Under the pieces are notes generated by a model that ran no database searches, was not told the DNA's origin, and saw only the letters and a program-made list of their open reading frames with translations. A stretch of 64,000 nt of DNA from Candidatus Poribacteria bacterium (GTDB taxonomy: Bacteria > Poribacteria > WGA-4E > PCPOR2b). A program made the translations under genes and the position numbers. Below are positions 39,109 through 49,282 of this stretch, in pieces (within the stretch, counting starts at the first letter, position 1; every line of letters begins with the position of its first letter). The stretch lies in contig OZ220744.1 in the NCBI GenBank assembly GCA_965116925.1, positions 1,984,001 through 2,048,000 on the forward strand. Reading direction: 5' to 3'.

Positions 39109-40011
39109 ATGGCTCCAGAACAGATGTCTCTCCTGTTTCTTGCTATTGTAATCATCGTTGGGCTGCTAGTTATCTTCTGGGTTGTGCCTGTCGGGTTATG
39201 GATTGCTGCTATTTTCGCGGGTGTACGGGTCCGCATTATCGAGTTGATTGGTATGCGTCTCCGGCGGGTCAGTCCGCCGGTGATCGTGAATGCACAGATC
39301 AGTGCCCATAAAGCAGGATTGACCCTTGATATGGAACGATTGGAAGCGCACTACCTCGCGCGTGGCAATGTCATTCGTGTAGTTAACGCCTTGATTGCCG
39401 CCGACAAGGCAAAGATAGATCTCGGTCTTCAGCAAGCAACTGCGATTGATTTAGCAGGACGCGACGTGCTTGATGCCGTTCAGGTGAGCGTGAATCCCCG
39501 CGTCATTACAACGCCCAAGATTACGGCGGTCGCGCTTGATGGGGTTCAGCTCATTGCTACAGTACGGATCACCGTGAGAGCAAACATCAACCGACTTGTC
39601 GGGGGGGCCGGTGAGGAGACGATTATCGCACGCGTTGGTGAGGGAATCGTTAGCGCGATTGGTGCTTCAGAGACGTACGAGGATGTTCTGGAGAATCCCG
39701 ACATCATCTCAAGAACTGTGTTAAATCGAGGTCTTGATTCAGGAACAGCCTTTGATATTCTCTCCATTGATATCGCCGATGTGAATGTTGGGAAAAACAT
39801 CGGTGCCGAACTACAAGCAGAGCAAGCGGAGGCAGACCTCGTTGTTGCACAAGCCAAAGCGGAGGAACGTCGTGCCATGGCGGTTGCACGCAAACAGGAG
39901 ATGACAGCGAACGTACAAGAGATGCGTTCTAGAGTTGTTGAAGCGGAAGCGGGGGTTCCCCGCGCAATTGCCGGTGCATTTCGAGACGGAAATCTAATCG
40001 GTCAGAATTAA
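39109..40011 (+). CDS. floA: Flotillin-like FloA/YqfA (copy 1, short C-terminus)
   Basis: [19 protein letters not shown] and [13 protein letters not shown] motifs. Confidence 0.9.
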   Translation: MAPEQMSLLFLAIVIIVGLLVIFWVVPVGLWIAAIFAGVRVRIIELIGMRLRRVSPPVIVNAQISAHKAGLTLDMERLEAHYLARGNVIRVVNALIAADKAKIDLGLQQATAIDLAGRDVLDAVQVSVNPRVITTPKITAVALDGVQLIATVRITVRANINRLVGGAGEETIIARVGEGIVSAIGASETYEDVLENPDIISRTVLNRGLDSGTAFDILSIDIADVNVGKNIGAELQAEQAEADLVVAQAKAEERRAMAVARKQEMTANVQEMRSRVVEAEAGVPRAIAGAFRDGNLIGQN

Positions 40012-40065
40012 GAGTTCGTACCGATAAGTCGGGATTTACATGCTAATTCCCAAAGGAGGTTTCAG

Positions 40066-41091
40066 ATGGCTATTCCATACATCATTCCAGCGATTCTTGT
40101 AATCATTTTTGTACTCTGGTTGGCTTGGTTCGTGCCGCTAGGACTCTGGATTGCCGCCCTTGCAGCAGGGGTGCGTATCCGAATTTTCGGCGATCTCGTC
40201 GCAATGCGTCTGCGGCGGGTTCCCCCTAAGGCGATTGTGGAGCCCCAAATCGAGGCAACCAAGGCTGGGCTGCAGCTCAGAGTTGATAACCTTGAGGCAC
40301 ATTTTCTCGCCGGAGGCAATGTGACAGACGTTGTGCGTGCACTTATTGCTGCGGATAAAGCGAACATCAAGTTGGACTTTGCCCAAGCCGCTGCGATTGA
40401 TCTGGCAGGCAGAGATGTATTACAGGCGGTACAGATGAGCGTCAATCCACAGATTATTGATGTCCCTGCTAAAGGCGACGTTAGCCCCGGCATTACTGCT
40501 GTTGCACGCGATGGGATTCAACTGATCGCCAGAGCCAGAGTCACGGTGCGAGCCAATATTGATAGACTCGTCGGTGGGGCGGGAGAAGCAACTGTTATCG
40601 CACGGGTCGGTGAGGGGATCATTACAACGATCGGTTCATCCGCGAGCCACAAAGCGGTCTTGGAAAATCCTGCACAGATTTCGGAAGTCGTACTAGAAAA
40701 GGGTTTGGCAGCGGGCACAGCTTTTGAAATCCTGTCCATTGATATTGCAGACATCGATATCGGCGAAAATGTGGGTGCCAAGCTCCAAACGGATCAAGCC
40801 CAAGCGGAGTTGAAAATCGCCCGCGCTAAAGCGGAGGAACGACGCGCCCTCGCCCAAGCACAAGAAGAAGAAAATAAAGCGTTGGTTGAAGAGATGACCG
40901 TAAATCTTGTTGAGGCGGACGCCGAGGTGCCTCGCGCAATTGCGGATTCCTTCAACTCTGGCCAGATCAGCGTAATGGACTACTACAATCTGCGGAATGT
41001 CATTGCGGATACGGAAATGCGCCAATCGATTGCAGCTCCTACCGGTGATGGAAGCACAACCCGTTCATCCCATGCGGTAGGTTTGTCGTAG
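40066..41091 (+). CDS. floA: Flotillin-like FloA/YqfA (copy 2)
   Basis: Same motifs plus the [17 protein letters not shown] tail. Confidence 0.9.
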   Translation: MAIPYIIPAILVIIFVLWLAWFVPLGLWIAALAAGVRIRIFGDLVAMRLRRVPPKAIVEPQIEATKAGLQLRVDNLEAHFLAGGNVTDVVRALIAADKANIKLDFAQAAAIDLAGRDVLQAVQMSVNPQIIDVPAKGDVSPGITAVARDGIQLIARARVTVRANIDRLVGGAGEATVIARVGEGIITTIGSSASHKAVLENPAQISEVVLEKGLAAGTAFEILSIDIADIDIGENVGAKLQTDQAQAELKIARAKAEERRALAQAQEEENKALVEEMTVNLVEADAEVPRAIADSFNSGQISVMDYYNLRNVIADTEMRQSIAAPTGDGSTTRSSHAVGLS

Positions 41092-41096
41092 GAAAT

Positions 41097-41202
41097 TATA
41101 GTGAATTCAAAAAATAAACAGACACTTGCGCCCTCCACCTGGTAGGCGCTGTTTCCAACTGCGCCGATTTGGAGTGTCTCATTAATTCTAAAATCTATTA
41201 TA
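41097..41202. mobile_element. MITE family A
   Basis: tatagtgaattcaaaaaataaacagacac...gtgtctcattaattctaaaatctattata. Confidence 0.78.
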
Positions 41203-41227
41203 GGACGGCTGCAAAAAGGGGATACCG

Positions 41228-41623
41228 ATGGAAGAATGGATTCAACTAATTCTTTTTCTAATTTTTGGGGCTGTGGCACTGATCTCAAGGGTGTTGAGTC
41301 GGAGGGGATCGAAAGAAGAGCCTGACGTTCTACCGGAAGAAGAGGAAGTAACTTTACCGCCTTGGGGAAACGTGCCAATGGAGGAAGAGGAGTTCCCGCT
41401 GCCTGAGTTCGTTGAGGAAGAGGCAACACCCGCCGTTCCATCAGAGCCCCCGCCTGTCGCTGAGGTTGCTACAGAGCGACCGCCAGTAGAAGAGGAGGCT
41501 CAATCCCCTCCTCCTATACCAACAATTGCAGGCATCCCATTGACACCTCAGACGTTTCGAGAAGGGATTATCCTTGCCGAGATACTACGTCCTCCCAAAT
41601 CGCTCCGTGAACCTCGTCAGTAG
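41228..41623 (+). CDS. Single-TM acidic/Pro-rich protein of the floA operon (YqfB-like)
   Basis: N-terminal TM, E/P-rich linker, GIILAEIL.PPKSLR C-terminus. Confidence 0.7.
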   Translation: MEEWIQLILFLIFGAVALISRVLSRRGSKEEPDVLPEEEEVTLPPWGNVPMEEEEFPLPEFVEEEATPAVPSEPPPVAEVATERPPVEEEAQSPPPIPTIAGIPLTPQTFREGIILAEILRPPKSLREPRQ

Positions 41624-41625
41624 AT

Positions 41626-41870
41626 TATGGTGAATTTGAACTTTCGCCCCCCGGTAGGTGCGGTTTCTAACCGCACCGGTTTGCAGGGTCTCATTAATTC
41701 TAAGATCCACTACAGTAGTAGGCATACTCCGTATGCCGTAAACCGCACACAACCCATAGGTCAGGCACCTTGACCAACCCTGCCGTGCGGTTCAATACCA
41801 AATAATAGTAGGCATACTCCGTATGCCGTAACCTGCACACACCCGTAGGTCGAGATTCATATCTCGACCT
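41626..41870. repeat. Family A variant plus a cluster of GTAG REP-like hairpins
   Basis: Family A 41626-41714, gtaggcatactccgtatgcc twice (41715, 41806), gtaggtcgaga...tctcgacctac. Confidence 0.7.
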
Positions 41871-41887
41871 ACACATGTCAACAGTAC

Positions 41888-42649
41888 CTAGTCAGCACAC
41901 AACGCCTCCCACAAAGCACGATAGTAGTTCATCATACGCACCGGATCCGAACTCTCCGGAATCTCAGCCAGTGTGTAACCCTCATATCCAGATGCCCTTA
42001 AAAGCGCGAAGAGTTCGCGCCACGGATATTCCCGCCGATGCAGCTCGTTGATGTGAACCAACCGGATCCACTCCTTGACCAGATTAAAGTTGTTCTCAAC
42101 AGATCCATCTTCCACTTCCCCCGGATTGGAGTTCCAGCAGACAAACACATTATCGTAATCGGCAATCTCCATAATTGTTCGGATATGTGGGACGTGCGAT
42201 GTTTCCCTACCGTGTACTTCAAGGCGAATCTGAACGCCCAAGTTTTTGGCAAACTCTCCGCATTCACGCAGGGATAGACCGATTTGCGTTAGCGTTTTTT
42301 CCACAGGAACGCCTTCAGGAAGACCGTTGGGTCGAACCTTCACGCCGGGCGCGCCGACATCCGCTGCAAGCTGTGAATATTCTTTCGTTCCTTCGATATT
42401 TTGGCGCACTTCCTCGGCATCTGTCGAGTGATAGTCGAAAGCACTTCCCAATCCTGCCAATTCAATCGGCGAGTCCTCAAACTGCTTCCGGACCTCTTGA
42501 CGCTCATTCGCGGAAAGATTCACCTCAACATTATGAGCGTGGGTGGTGCGGAGTTCAACACCTTGGAAACCCGTCGCCCTACAATTTTCAATAATTGTTG
42601 GCACGTCCCAATCCTTTGCCATATTATATGTTACAAGTCCCAATTTCAT
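41888..42649 (-). CDS. Sugar phosphate isomerase/epimerase (xylose isomerase-like TIM barrel)
   Basis: GFQGVELR, RLEVHG and GYEGYTLAE motifs. Confidence 0.85.
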   Translation of the reverse strand: MKLGLVTYNMAKDWDVPTIIENCRATGFQGVELRTTHAHNVEVNLSANERQEVRKQFEDSPIELAGLGSAFDYHSTDAEEVRQNIEGTKEYSQLAADVGAPGVKVRPNGLPEGVPVEKTLTQIGLSLRECGEFAKNLGVQIRLEVHGRETSHVPHIRTIMEIADYDNVFVCWNSNPGEVEDGSVENNFNLVKEWIRLVHINELHRREYPWRELFALLRASGYEGYTLAEIPESSDPVRMMNYYRALWEALCAD

Positions 42650-42754
42650 TACATATCTCCTGCGTCTGTAGTGAGGGCATATCCCCCTGTAACGCTGCTA
42701 TCTTTCTGGCTGCTCTAAGCATGATTGGCTTAATCCGCCTAGCATACTGTGAAA

Positions 42755-43029
42755 TATAGTGAATTCAAAAAATAAAGAAACACTTGCGCTACCCGGTAGG
42801 TGCGGTTTGTAACCGCACCGCATCGGCGCAGTTAGAAACAGCGCCTACCAAACAGAAGAACGGTAGTTTCATTTTTCTAACCGCACCGGTTTGGCGTGTC
42901 CTATTAATTCTAAAATCTACCATAAATAGACATTCAAAGTAGTAGGCACACTCCGTGTGCCGTAACTCTGCGAACAAGTTCCTGATCTCGCTCGTTCATC
43001 GTGTCCAATTAATTCTAAAATCTACCATA
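42755..43029. mobile_element. Composite family A MITE (42755-42924), REP hairpin and an extra family A end
   Basis: Family A ends with two internal REP stems. gtagtaggcacactccgtgtgcc at 42939. Repeated ttaattctaaaatctaccata end. Confidence 0.7.
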
Positions 43030-43237
43030 AATTGTATTCTGATAACGGAAAACATTTGATCTCAATCGGTTTTTATATTACAATACCTTCTCATCAGATG
43101 CAAAGGTAAAAGAGATTGGTGGGTTCATTGGTGCATTAGTTGATTGGTTCATTAATGAACAAGTGAATAAACGATCAGAACCCTCTTTATCATCAACTCG
43201 CACCAAAAGTTATCAAAAAAGAGGATTATAAAAATAG

Positions 43238-44326
43238 ATGGAACGAAGATTTTATGATGAACTTGCCCAAGCAGGTTTGCAGGGAGATATACTCTCCGAC
43301 GAATTATGTCTGGACATATTGACTTCGTCGGCGATTGAACTCCTCCCGTTGCTTGATGCAGCCTATCAGGTGCGAAAAAAATATACCGGCAAAGAGGTTC
43401 AACTACATATTATCAATAACGCCCAAAACGGCTACTGTCCCGAAGATTGTTACTATTGCGCGCAGGCGAAGTCATCAGATGCGGATATCGAAGCGTATGC
43501 GATGAAGTCTGATACAGAAATGCTAGCTGAAGCGAAATGTGCTTATGAATCGGGAGCGTATCGCTATTGTATGGTCTTTGCGGGTCGGGGACCGTCCAAA
43601 AAACGCGTTGAGCATCTCGCCAAATTGATTGGGAAAATAAAATCCCGTTACCCAATCCAAGTTTGCCTTAGTGCGGGACTAATCGATAATGAGGACGCGC
43701 AAACACTCAAGGCAGCTGGATTAGATCGGCTCAACCACAATCTCAATACATCAGAAAGACACTATCCCAAGATCTGTACAACTCACACATATCAGGATCG
43801 GTTGGATACATTGCACGCCGCACAAACAGCAAGTATCGAATTATGTGCCGGAATCATTGTCGGGATGGGAGAAGTGGAAAAAGATGTAATTGCGGTTGCC
43901 AAGACCCTTCGGGAGTTAGAAGTTCAGTCGATACCCGTTAATTTTTTAATTCCGATTCCGGGAAATGCGCTGTCAGAAGCACCGGATCTCAGCCCGGAGT
44001 ATTGCCTACGCGTGTTGTGCCTGTACCGTTTCCTAAATCCCAAGGCAGAAATCCGAATCGCGGCAGGCAGGGAGGTACATCTGCGAAATATGGAGGTGAT
44101 GGCACTCTATCCGGCAAATTCACTCTTTGTAGAAGGTTACCTGAATACGCGGGGAGCGTCGCGCAGGCAAACACTACAGATGATCAAAGATGCAGGATTT
44201 ACCATTAAAGCAGATCGCGCCTTGGAAGAGCTATTAAAACAGGAAGAAGGGGCACAAAATCTGCTCACAATTGACGATTCAAAAGCCCTGTTGAAAGACA
44301 TCAAGGATTTAAGGCCACAGATTTAA
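43238..44326 (+). CDS. bioB: Biotin synthase
   Basis: CPEDCYYCAQ radical SAM motif, NHNLNTS, SIPVNFL and R.AAGRE motifs. Confidence 0.95.
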   Translation: MERRFYDELAQAGLQGDILSDELCLDILTSSAIELLPLLDAAYQVRKKYTGKEVQLHIINNAQNGYCPEDCYYCAQAKSSDADIEAYAMKSDTEMLAEAKCAYESGAYRYCMVFAGRGPSKKRVEHLAKLIGKIKSRYPIQVCLSAGLIDNEDAQTLKAAGLDRLNHNLNTSERHYPKICTTHTYQDRLDTLHAAQTASIELCAGIIVGMGEVEKDVIAVAKTLRELEVQSIPVNFLIPIPGNALSEAPDLSPEYCLRVLCLYRFLNPKAEIRIAAGREVHLRNMEVMALYPANSLFVEGYLNTRGASRRQTLQMIKDAGFTIKADRALEELLKQEEGAQNLLTIDDSKALLKDIKDLRPQI

Positions 44327-44957
44327 CTTAAGGAAACGTATATAGTAGACATCTGAAGGATCATCCTGAATAGGGAGCATGTCATGAAACACTTTGCTGT
44401 GCTGTTAATAGTCATATTTTGTGTGCTTCTGCCGAGCCAAAGTGAGGGCTCCGCGGCTCTTTTTGAACCAGGTTACCGGATCGCTACACTGATGAAATAT
44501 GGCCATCTGGTTGTTGTTGGGACTGTAGCAAGTATGGAGTTTGTGTTTAGAGAGGAGGTGCCTCCTCAATACACAACAGATATCGTGATACATATTGAAG
44601 AAGTTGTTAAGGGCACTCCTAATTACGGTGAAGGTGGTGTGAAGTTTATGATTCCAGGTGGCACTGGTTTCAATCCTAACTATGGCGAAGTTGGCACTGG
44701 CATGTCGGAAGGCTGCCCTGAGTTCAAGTTGAATGAGCGCGTACTTCTCTTTCTAAGCAAATCTAAAAATCGTCATCCTGAAAAATTCAAGCATTTACCA
44801 CCACCACCAATCATTCCGCATGGTGGTCTTCATATCCCTGGAAGGTTTGGAAAAATAGATATCAAATATGATGAGGTGGCTATTCCCTATACGTTCAAAA
44901 AAGAGGTATTTAGTGAGTATCATCAGATCATGAGGGAGGAACCGTATATTAGAATTA

Positions 44958-45896
44958 ACCCAAGTTGCTAGTTATTGAAAATCCATGGGTTTTCCGTTAA
45001 ACTTGAGGGGATTGACTCATACCCCCTCAAAAGGAGAAACCCATGGACCTACAAATTGTAACCATTTTCTATCTCTGTGACAAGCTGTTAGAAGCACTTA
45101 ACTCAAAAACCTCTCCACAGGCGCAGATGACTGACGCCGAAGTCATGACCACCGGGGTGGTCGCTGCGTTGTTTTTCGGTGGTAACTTCCAAGTGACTTG
45201 TGACTTTCTACACACTCATGGCTATATCCCCAATATGCTGTCAAAAAGTCGTTTCAATCGACGGTTGCATCGGATTAAACCGATGTTCATCACATTGTTC
45301 AAAATCTTAGCCGAAAGTTATGTAAAACTCAATCAACAGCAGATTTATGCGATAGATACACTGCCTATTGCGGTCTGTGACAATATCCGCATTAGTCGGT
45401 CAAAACTGTATACCGATGAGGCATTTCGTGGGTATCAAGCGTCCAAGCGTCGGTACTTCTATGGCTTGAAAGTTCACTTGTTAGTGACAGCGAGCCAACA
45501 GCCTGTTGAGTTTTTTCTAACGCCAGCAAGCATCAGTGATGTCGAGGGATTACAGTATTTTGATTTTGACTTGCCACCGGGCAGTTGTGTCTACGGGGAT
45601 AAAGCATACAATAACTATGAGATAGAGGATATATTGGCAACCATTGGAGTGGACCTCAAGCCGACACGCAAACAGAATTCCAAGCGACCTTATCCACAGT
45701 GGGAGACCTATGTGGCATCTTGCCATCGTAAGTCTGTCGAGACCGCTGGCAGTTTAATTGAGCGATTGCTGCCTCGTTCGATTCATGCTGTAACACAACA
45801 AGGATTTGAATTAAAAGTGGTCTTGTTTGTATTAGCAAGCAGTATATATCAACTTTAACTCCAACCAACTACTCAATTATAGGTAGCAACTTGGGT
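44958..45896 (+). mobile_element. IS982 family insertion sequence
   Basis: IR ACCCAAGTTGCTA / TAGCAACTTGGGT, 8-bp direct repeat TAGAATTA (44950-57, 45897-904). Confidence 0.92.
45043..45858 (+). CDS. IS982 family DDE transposase
   Basis: SRFNRR, AIDT.P, YFYGLKVH, GDKAY and R..VET motifs. Confidence 0.92.
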   Translation: MDLQIVTIFYLCDKLLEALNSKTSPQAQMTDAEVMTTGVVAALFFGGNFQVTCDFLHTHGYIPNMLSKSRFNRRLHRIKPMFITLFKILAESYVKLNQQQIYAIDTLPIAVCDNIRISRSKLYTDEAFRGYQASKRRYFYGLKVHLLVTASQQPVEFFLTPASISDVEGLQYFDFDLPPGSCVYGDKAYNNYEIEDILATIGVDLKPTRKQNSKRPYPQWETYVASCHRKSVETAGSLIERLLPRSIHAVTQQGFELKVVLFVLASSIYQL

Positions 45897-46128
45897 TAGA
45901 ATTATCACTCTCCCTTTAGATTTAGTCATCCAAATTGCGAAGGCTTCTATCAAAGACTATGATGCAACGAAGCTATTAGAGGAGAATATCAAGGATTATA
46001 TTGATAAGACTCCCTTTGGCTCTAAACCTAAATTGGATGAAAAGCTGATAGATAAACTCAAAGCAGAGGCGAAGCGTATTTTAGAAAAAGTTGAGGATGA
46101 CCAAGTTACGTCTAAGGAGGTTCAATAG

Positions 46129-46923
46129 ATGGTTAGATTGTCTAATGAGGATATTCTGTTTTTCAAGCGGGAAGGCTATCTGGTTAAACGGAAGGTTTTG
46201 GATCCGGATCTGATGGCGCGGGCGAGAGATCGACTATGGGACGGTGCACCGCCCTCCATGGACCGGTATGCTCCCGATACTTGGGTGGGTCCTATAAAAA
46301 AAGAGGAAGAATGCCAAGATACGATGAATGCGAAACGCGGCTTCCGATGGAACTTCCGCGAGCCGGGGAGCGAGGATTGGATGGTTCGGCTGCTTGCCAC
46401 AGATCCAAATGTGTGGGGAATGGCAGAGCAGTTTCTCGGTGAAGGAAATCTACGGACCCCCGATGGGATTCGCGGAATCTACTGTACGCTGCCTTACGGC
46501 GATGAGCCTGAAAAACCGACCACCTGCCATGTGGACGGGCATCCCTTTCATCTAGGCGTTGTTGGGTATATTGATCACGTTCCCCCACGGGGCGGTGGAT
46601 TTACGGTTTGGCCCAAAAGCCACCTGAAGTTCTATTATGAATTCCACTCCCAATATAAGCATGAGCGCACCGATGGATACGATGAGGTGTTAGCAGAAAT
46701 TAACCAGACGCCCTACGTTGAAACCCACGGCGGACCGGGGGATATCGTCTTCTGGCATCACCGCATCGGTCATGCGGCGGGTCAGAACTTCTCTAAGCAG
46801 ATACGTCAGGCGGTGCTGTACGATTTTCGCAAAAAAGACCTAGAGCAGACGCAAGAGGAACCACCGTGTGAAGACATGTGGCGGGATTGGCCCGGGATTC
46901 AAGCGTTAAATGATAAGGATTGA
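46129..46923 (+). CDS. PhyH family dioxygenase
   Basis: HVD, GGFTVWPKSH and GDIVFWHHRIGH motifs. Confidence 0.85.
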   Translation: MVRLSNEDILFFKREGYLVKRKVLDPDLMARARDRLWDGAPPSMDRYAPDTWVGPIKKEEECQDTMNAKRGFRWNFREPGSEDWMVRLLATDPNVWGMAEQFLGEGNLRTPDGIRGIYCTLPYGDEPEKPTTCHVDGHPFHLGVVGYIDHVPPRGGGFTVWPKSHLKFYYEFHSQYKHERTDGYDEVLAEINQTPYVETHGGPGDIVFWHHRIGHAAGQNFSKQIRQAVLYDFRKKDLEQTQEEPPCEDMWRDWPGIQALNDKD

Positions 46924-46935
46924 TGAGGAGACGAT

Positions 46936-48174
46936 ATGGACAAAATTAGACTAGGATTGGTAGGTTGTGGCGGCATGGGGACACGACATCTCTACGGTCT
47001 GCGTGAGTTGGCACAGACCCAATTTAATAATGTCGAGTTGGTTGCCCTGTGCGATATTCGTCGCGAAAACGCTGAACTCGCTGCCGCCGAAGCGGAAAAA
47101 CTGCTAGGGGTGCAGCCGGCAATCTTCACTGATCTGGAAAAGATGGCGCGTCAAACGCCGGATCTCACCGCTGTGGATGTGGTGACGGATCCGTCGGTAC
47201 ACCACACCGTCGTCTGTCAAGCACTGGACTTGGGGTTGCATGTGATGGTCGAGAAACCGATGGCGATCACAGTTGGGGCGTGTCTAGCAATGATTGACGC
47301 TGCGGAACGGAACAACCGAAAACTGTCGGTGGCAGAGAACTACCGACGTGATCCCTCCGCGCGGTTGGTCAACCATCTGCTGAAAATAGGTGCCATTGGT
47401 ACGCCCTATATGGGGCTTTTCCACTCGCTCAGTGCCGGCAATGACATTTTTATTACCCCGTGGCGACACCTCAAGGATAAGGGCGGCCCCATAGTCGATA
47501 TGGGCGTCCACATGACAGATCAGATCCGTTATCAACTCGGAGACATCGCGGAGGTCTACGGCGATGTGTGGCTGATCGAGCCGGTGAGACGCAAGGCGGA
47601 CAGTATTGGCGACACTTACACCTTCTACCAAAATCGGCATCGGGCGATGGATGCTGAGGTGCCGGCGACGGCAGAGGACACCTCGATGGCGATATTCAAG
47701 ATGGAAAGCGGCGTGACTGTGAACTGGCTAATCAGCAGGGGCGGCACCGGCAGCTACGGCGGTCAACTCATTCTGGGGGATCAGGGGTGCATCAACGGTT
47801 TTGGAGCGCGTGGCAGCCGAGTCAGTATGAAACGGCGAGACGAGGAGGAGATAGCTCAAGAGGATATGCTTGCATCCGCGGATGGATTTGCACTTGAACC
47901 TCTGGCAGAACATCTCTTTCCCACCCGAATCACCGACACGGACAGAGAGGTAGATTGGAAAATTATCGCGCTTGAATATTACGAACTGGCTGAGGCGATC
48001 CTCAATGGACGAAAGATAGAAGTCGATGGGATTGAAGGGATGAAGGATGTGGCCGCTATCTACGCTATATTTGAGTCGGCGAGGGCTGGGCGAGCAGTGA
48101 AAATGAGCGAAGTAGAGAGCTGCCAAGTTTACGAATATCAATCAGAGATTGACGAAGTGCTGGGGCTTATGTAA
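46936..48174 (+). CDS. Gfo/Idh/MocA oxidoreductase
   Basis: GLVGCGGMG, VEKPM and DMGVH motifs. Confidence 0.9.
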   Translation: MDKIRLGLVGCGGMGTRHLYGLRELAQTQFNNVELVALCDIRRENAELAAAEAEKLLGVQPAIFTDLEKMARQTPDLTAVDVVTDPSVHHTVVCQALDLGLHVMVEKPMAITVGACLAMIDAAERNNRKLSVAENYRRDPSARLVNHLLKIGAIGTPYMGLFHSLSAGNDIFITPWRHLKDKGGPIVDMGVHMTDQIRYQLGDIAEVYGDVWLIEPVRRKADSIGDTYTFYQNRHRAMDAEVPATAEDTSMAIFKMESGVTVNWLISRGGTGSYGGQLILGDQGCINGFGARGSRVSMKRRDEEEIAQEDMLASADGFALEPLAEHLFPTRITDTDREVDWKIIALEYYELAEAILNGRKIEVDGIEGMKDVAAIYAIFESARAGRAVKMSEVESCQVYEYQSEIDEVLGLM

Positions 48175-48183
48175 GGAGAAAAA

Positions 48184-49164
48184 ATGGAGTATCGACATAT
48201 AGGAAAAACCGGGGTCAAGGTGTCTAGCATCTGTCTGGGAACAGCGTTCCGCGGTCAGGCGGACGAAAGCACTGCTATACGGGTGATAGATCGGGCGATT
48301 GATCTTGGGTGCAATTTTATTGACACCGCCCTATACGGTGCAGGGCGATCGGAGATTATTGTCGGCAAGGCGATAAAGGAGAAACGCGACGATATTGTGC
48401 TGTGCACCAAAGTCTTTGGGACGCTTGGGGATAGCCCGAACCACACCGGCTCATCGCGCGTCAATCTGATGTGGGGCGTCGACGCAAGCCTTGATCGGCT
48501 TCAGACTAGTCACATTGACCTGTACCTTCTCCACAGCTTTGATCCCAAAACCCCGCTTGAAGAGACCGTGCGTGCGTTGGACGATATGGTACGGGCAGGA
48601 AAGGTGCGGTATATCGGTTGCAGCAATTTTCGGGCGTGGAAAGTTATGGAAGCACTGGGGATTAGCGCGCTGAGAAACTTGGAATCGTTTGTTTGCATCC
48701 AAAACCAATACAACCTGTTGAACCGTTGGGAGATCGAGCCGGACCTGATGCCGTTGTGCCGTGAACAAGGTATCGGGATCATGACCTTCAGTCCACTCGC
48801 CATTGGACTATTGAGCGGACATTTTCGGCGTGGGCAGGAACCACCGGCGAACACCCCTTGGGGGAAGGGACCTGAGTGGGGATTAAGTGCACACAAATAC
48901 AACTTTGAAGAGGCGATGACTGAGCGAGTCGATAGGATTGTACAGACGCTCATTGACATCGGCGCGGAGAATGGTCGAACTCCCGCACAGGTAGCGGTCG
49001 CGTGGGTTTTAGACCATCCGGAAATAACTGCTCCGATTCACGGCGCAGACTTTCCCGAACATGTGGATGAGGTCTTCGGATCGGCAGATTGGCGATTACC
49101 CCCGGAGGCGCGAGAAATCCTAGATGAGGTGTCGAAGATTGAGGAATTGAGGAGATACGCCTAA
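48184..49164 (+). CDS. Aldo/keto reductase
   Basis: DTA.YG, SLDRLQT.HIDLY.LH and SPLA.GLL motifs. Confidence 0.9.
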   Translation: MEYRHIGKTGVKVSSICLGTAFRGQADESTAIRVIDRAIDLGCNFIDTALYGAGRSEIIVGKAIKEKRDDIVLCTKVFGTLGDSPNHTGSSRVNLMWGVDASLDRLQTSHIDLYLLHSFDPKTPLEETVRALDDMVRAGKVRYIGCSNFRAWKVMEALGISALRNLESFVCIQNQYNLLNRWEIEPDLMPLCREQGIGIMTFSPLAIGLLSGHFRRGQEPPANTPWGKGPEWGLSAHKYNFEEAMTERVDRIVQTLIDIGAENGRTPAQVAVAWVLDHPEITAPIHGADFPEHVDEVFGSADWRLPPEAREILDEVSKIEELRRYA

Positions 49165-49189
49165 AATTGGAACGGAGGTTAACTTGTGT

Positions 49190-49217
49190 GTAGGGAACGC
49201 AGATCTGCGTTCCCTAC
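49190..49217. repeat. Perfect 28-bp GTAG REP-like palindrome
   Basis: GTAGGGAACGCAGATCTGCGTTCCCTAC. Near copy at 27-54. Confidence 0.75.
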
Positions 49218-49282
49218 GACTTTTCCCAATCAGAGAAAACTTATAATGAGACTGGAACGAAATATTACCGGAGGACAAATCT

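Larger units (their letters stand above)
44384..46128 (+). pseudogene. Secreted hypothetical protein interrupted by IS982 (44384-44957 joined to 45905-46128)
   Basis: Removing the IS and one repeat restores an open 265-aa frame ending at TAG 46126-28. Confidence 0.8.

Noticed and set aside
41626..41870. CRISPR array
   Set aside because: Only two identical hairpins among heterogeneous ones, no regular repeat-spacer period and no cas genes.
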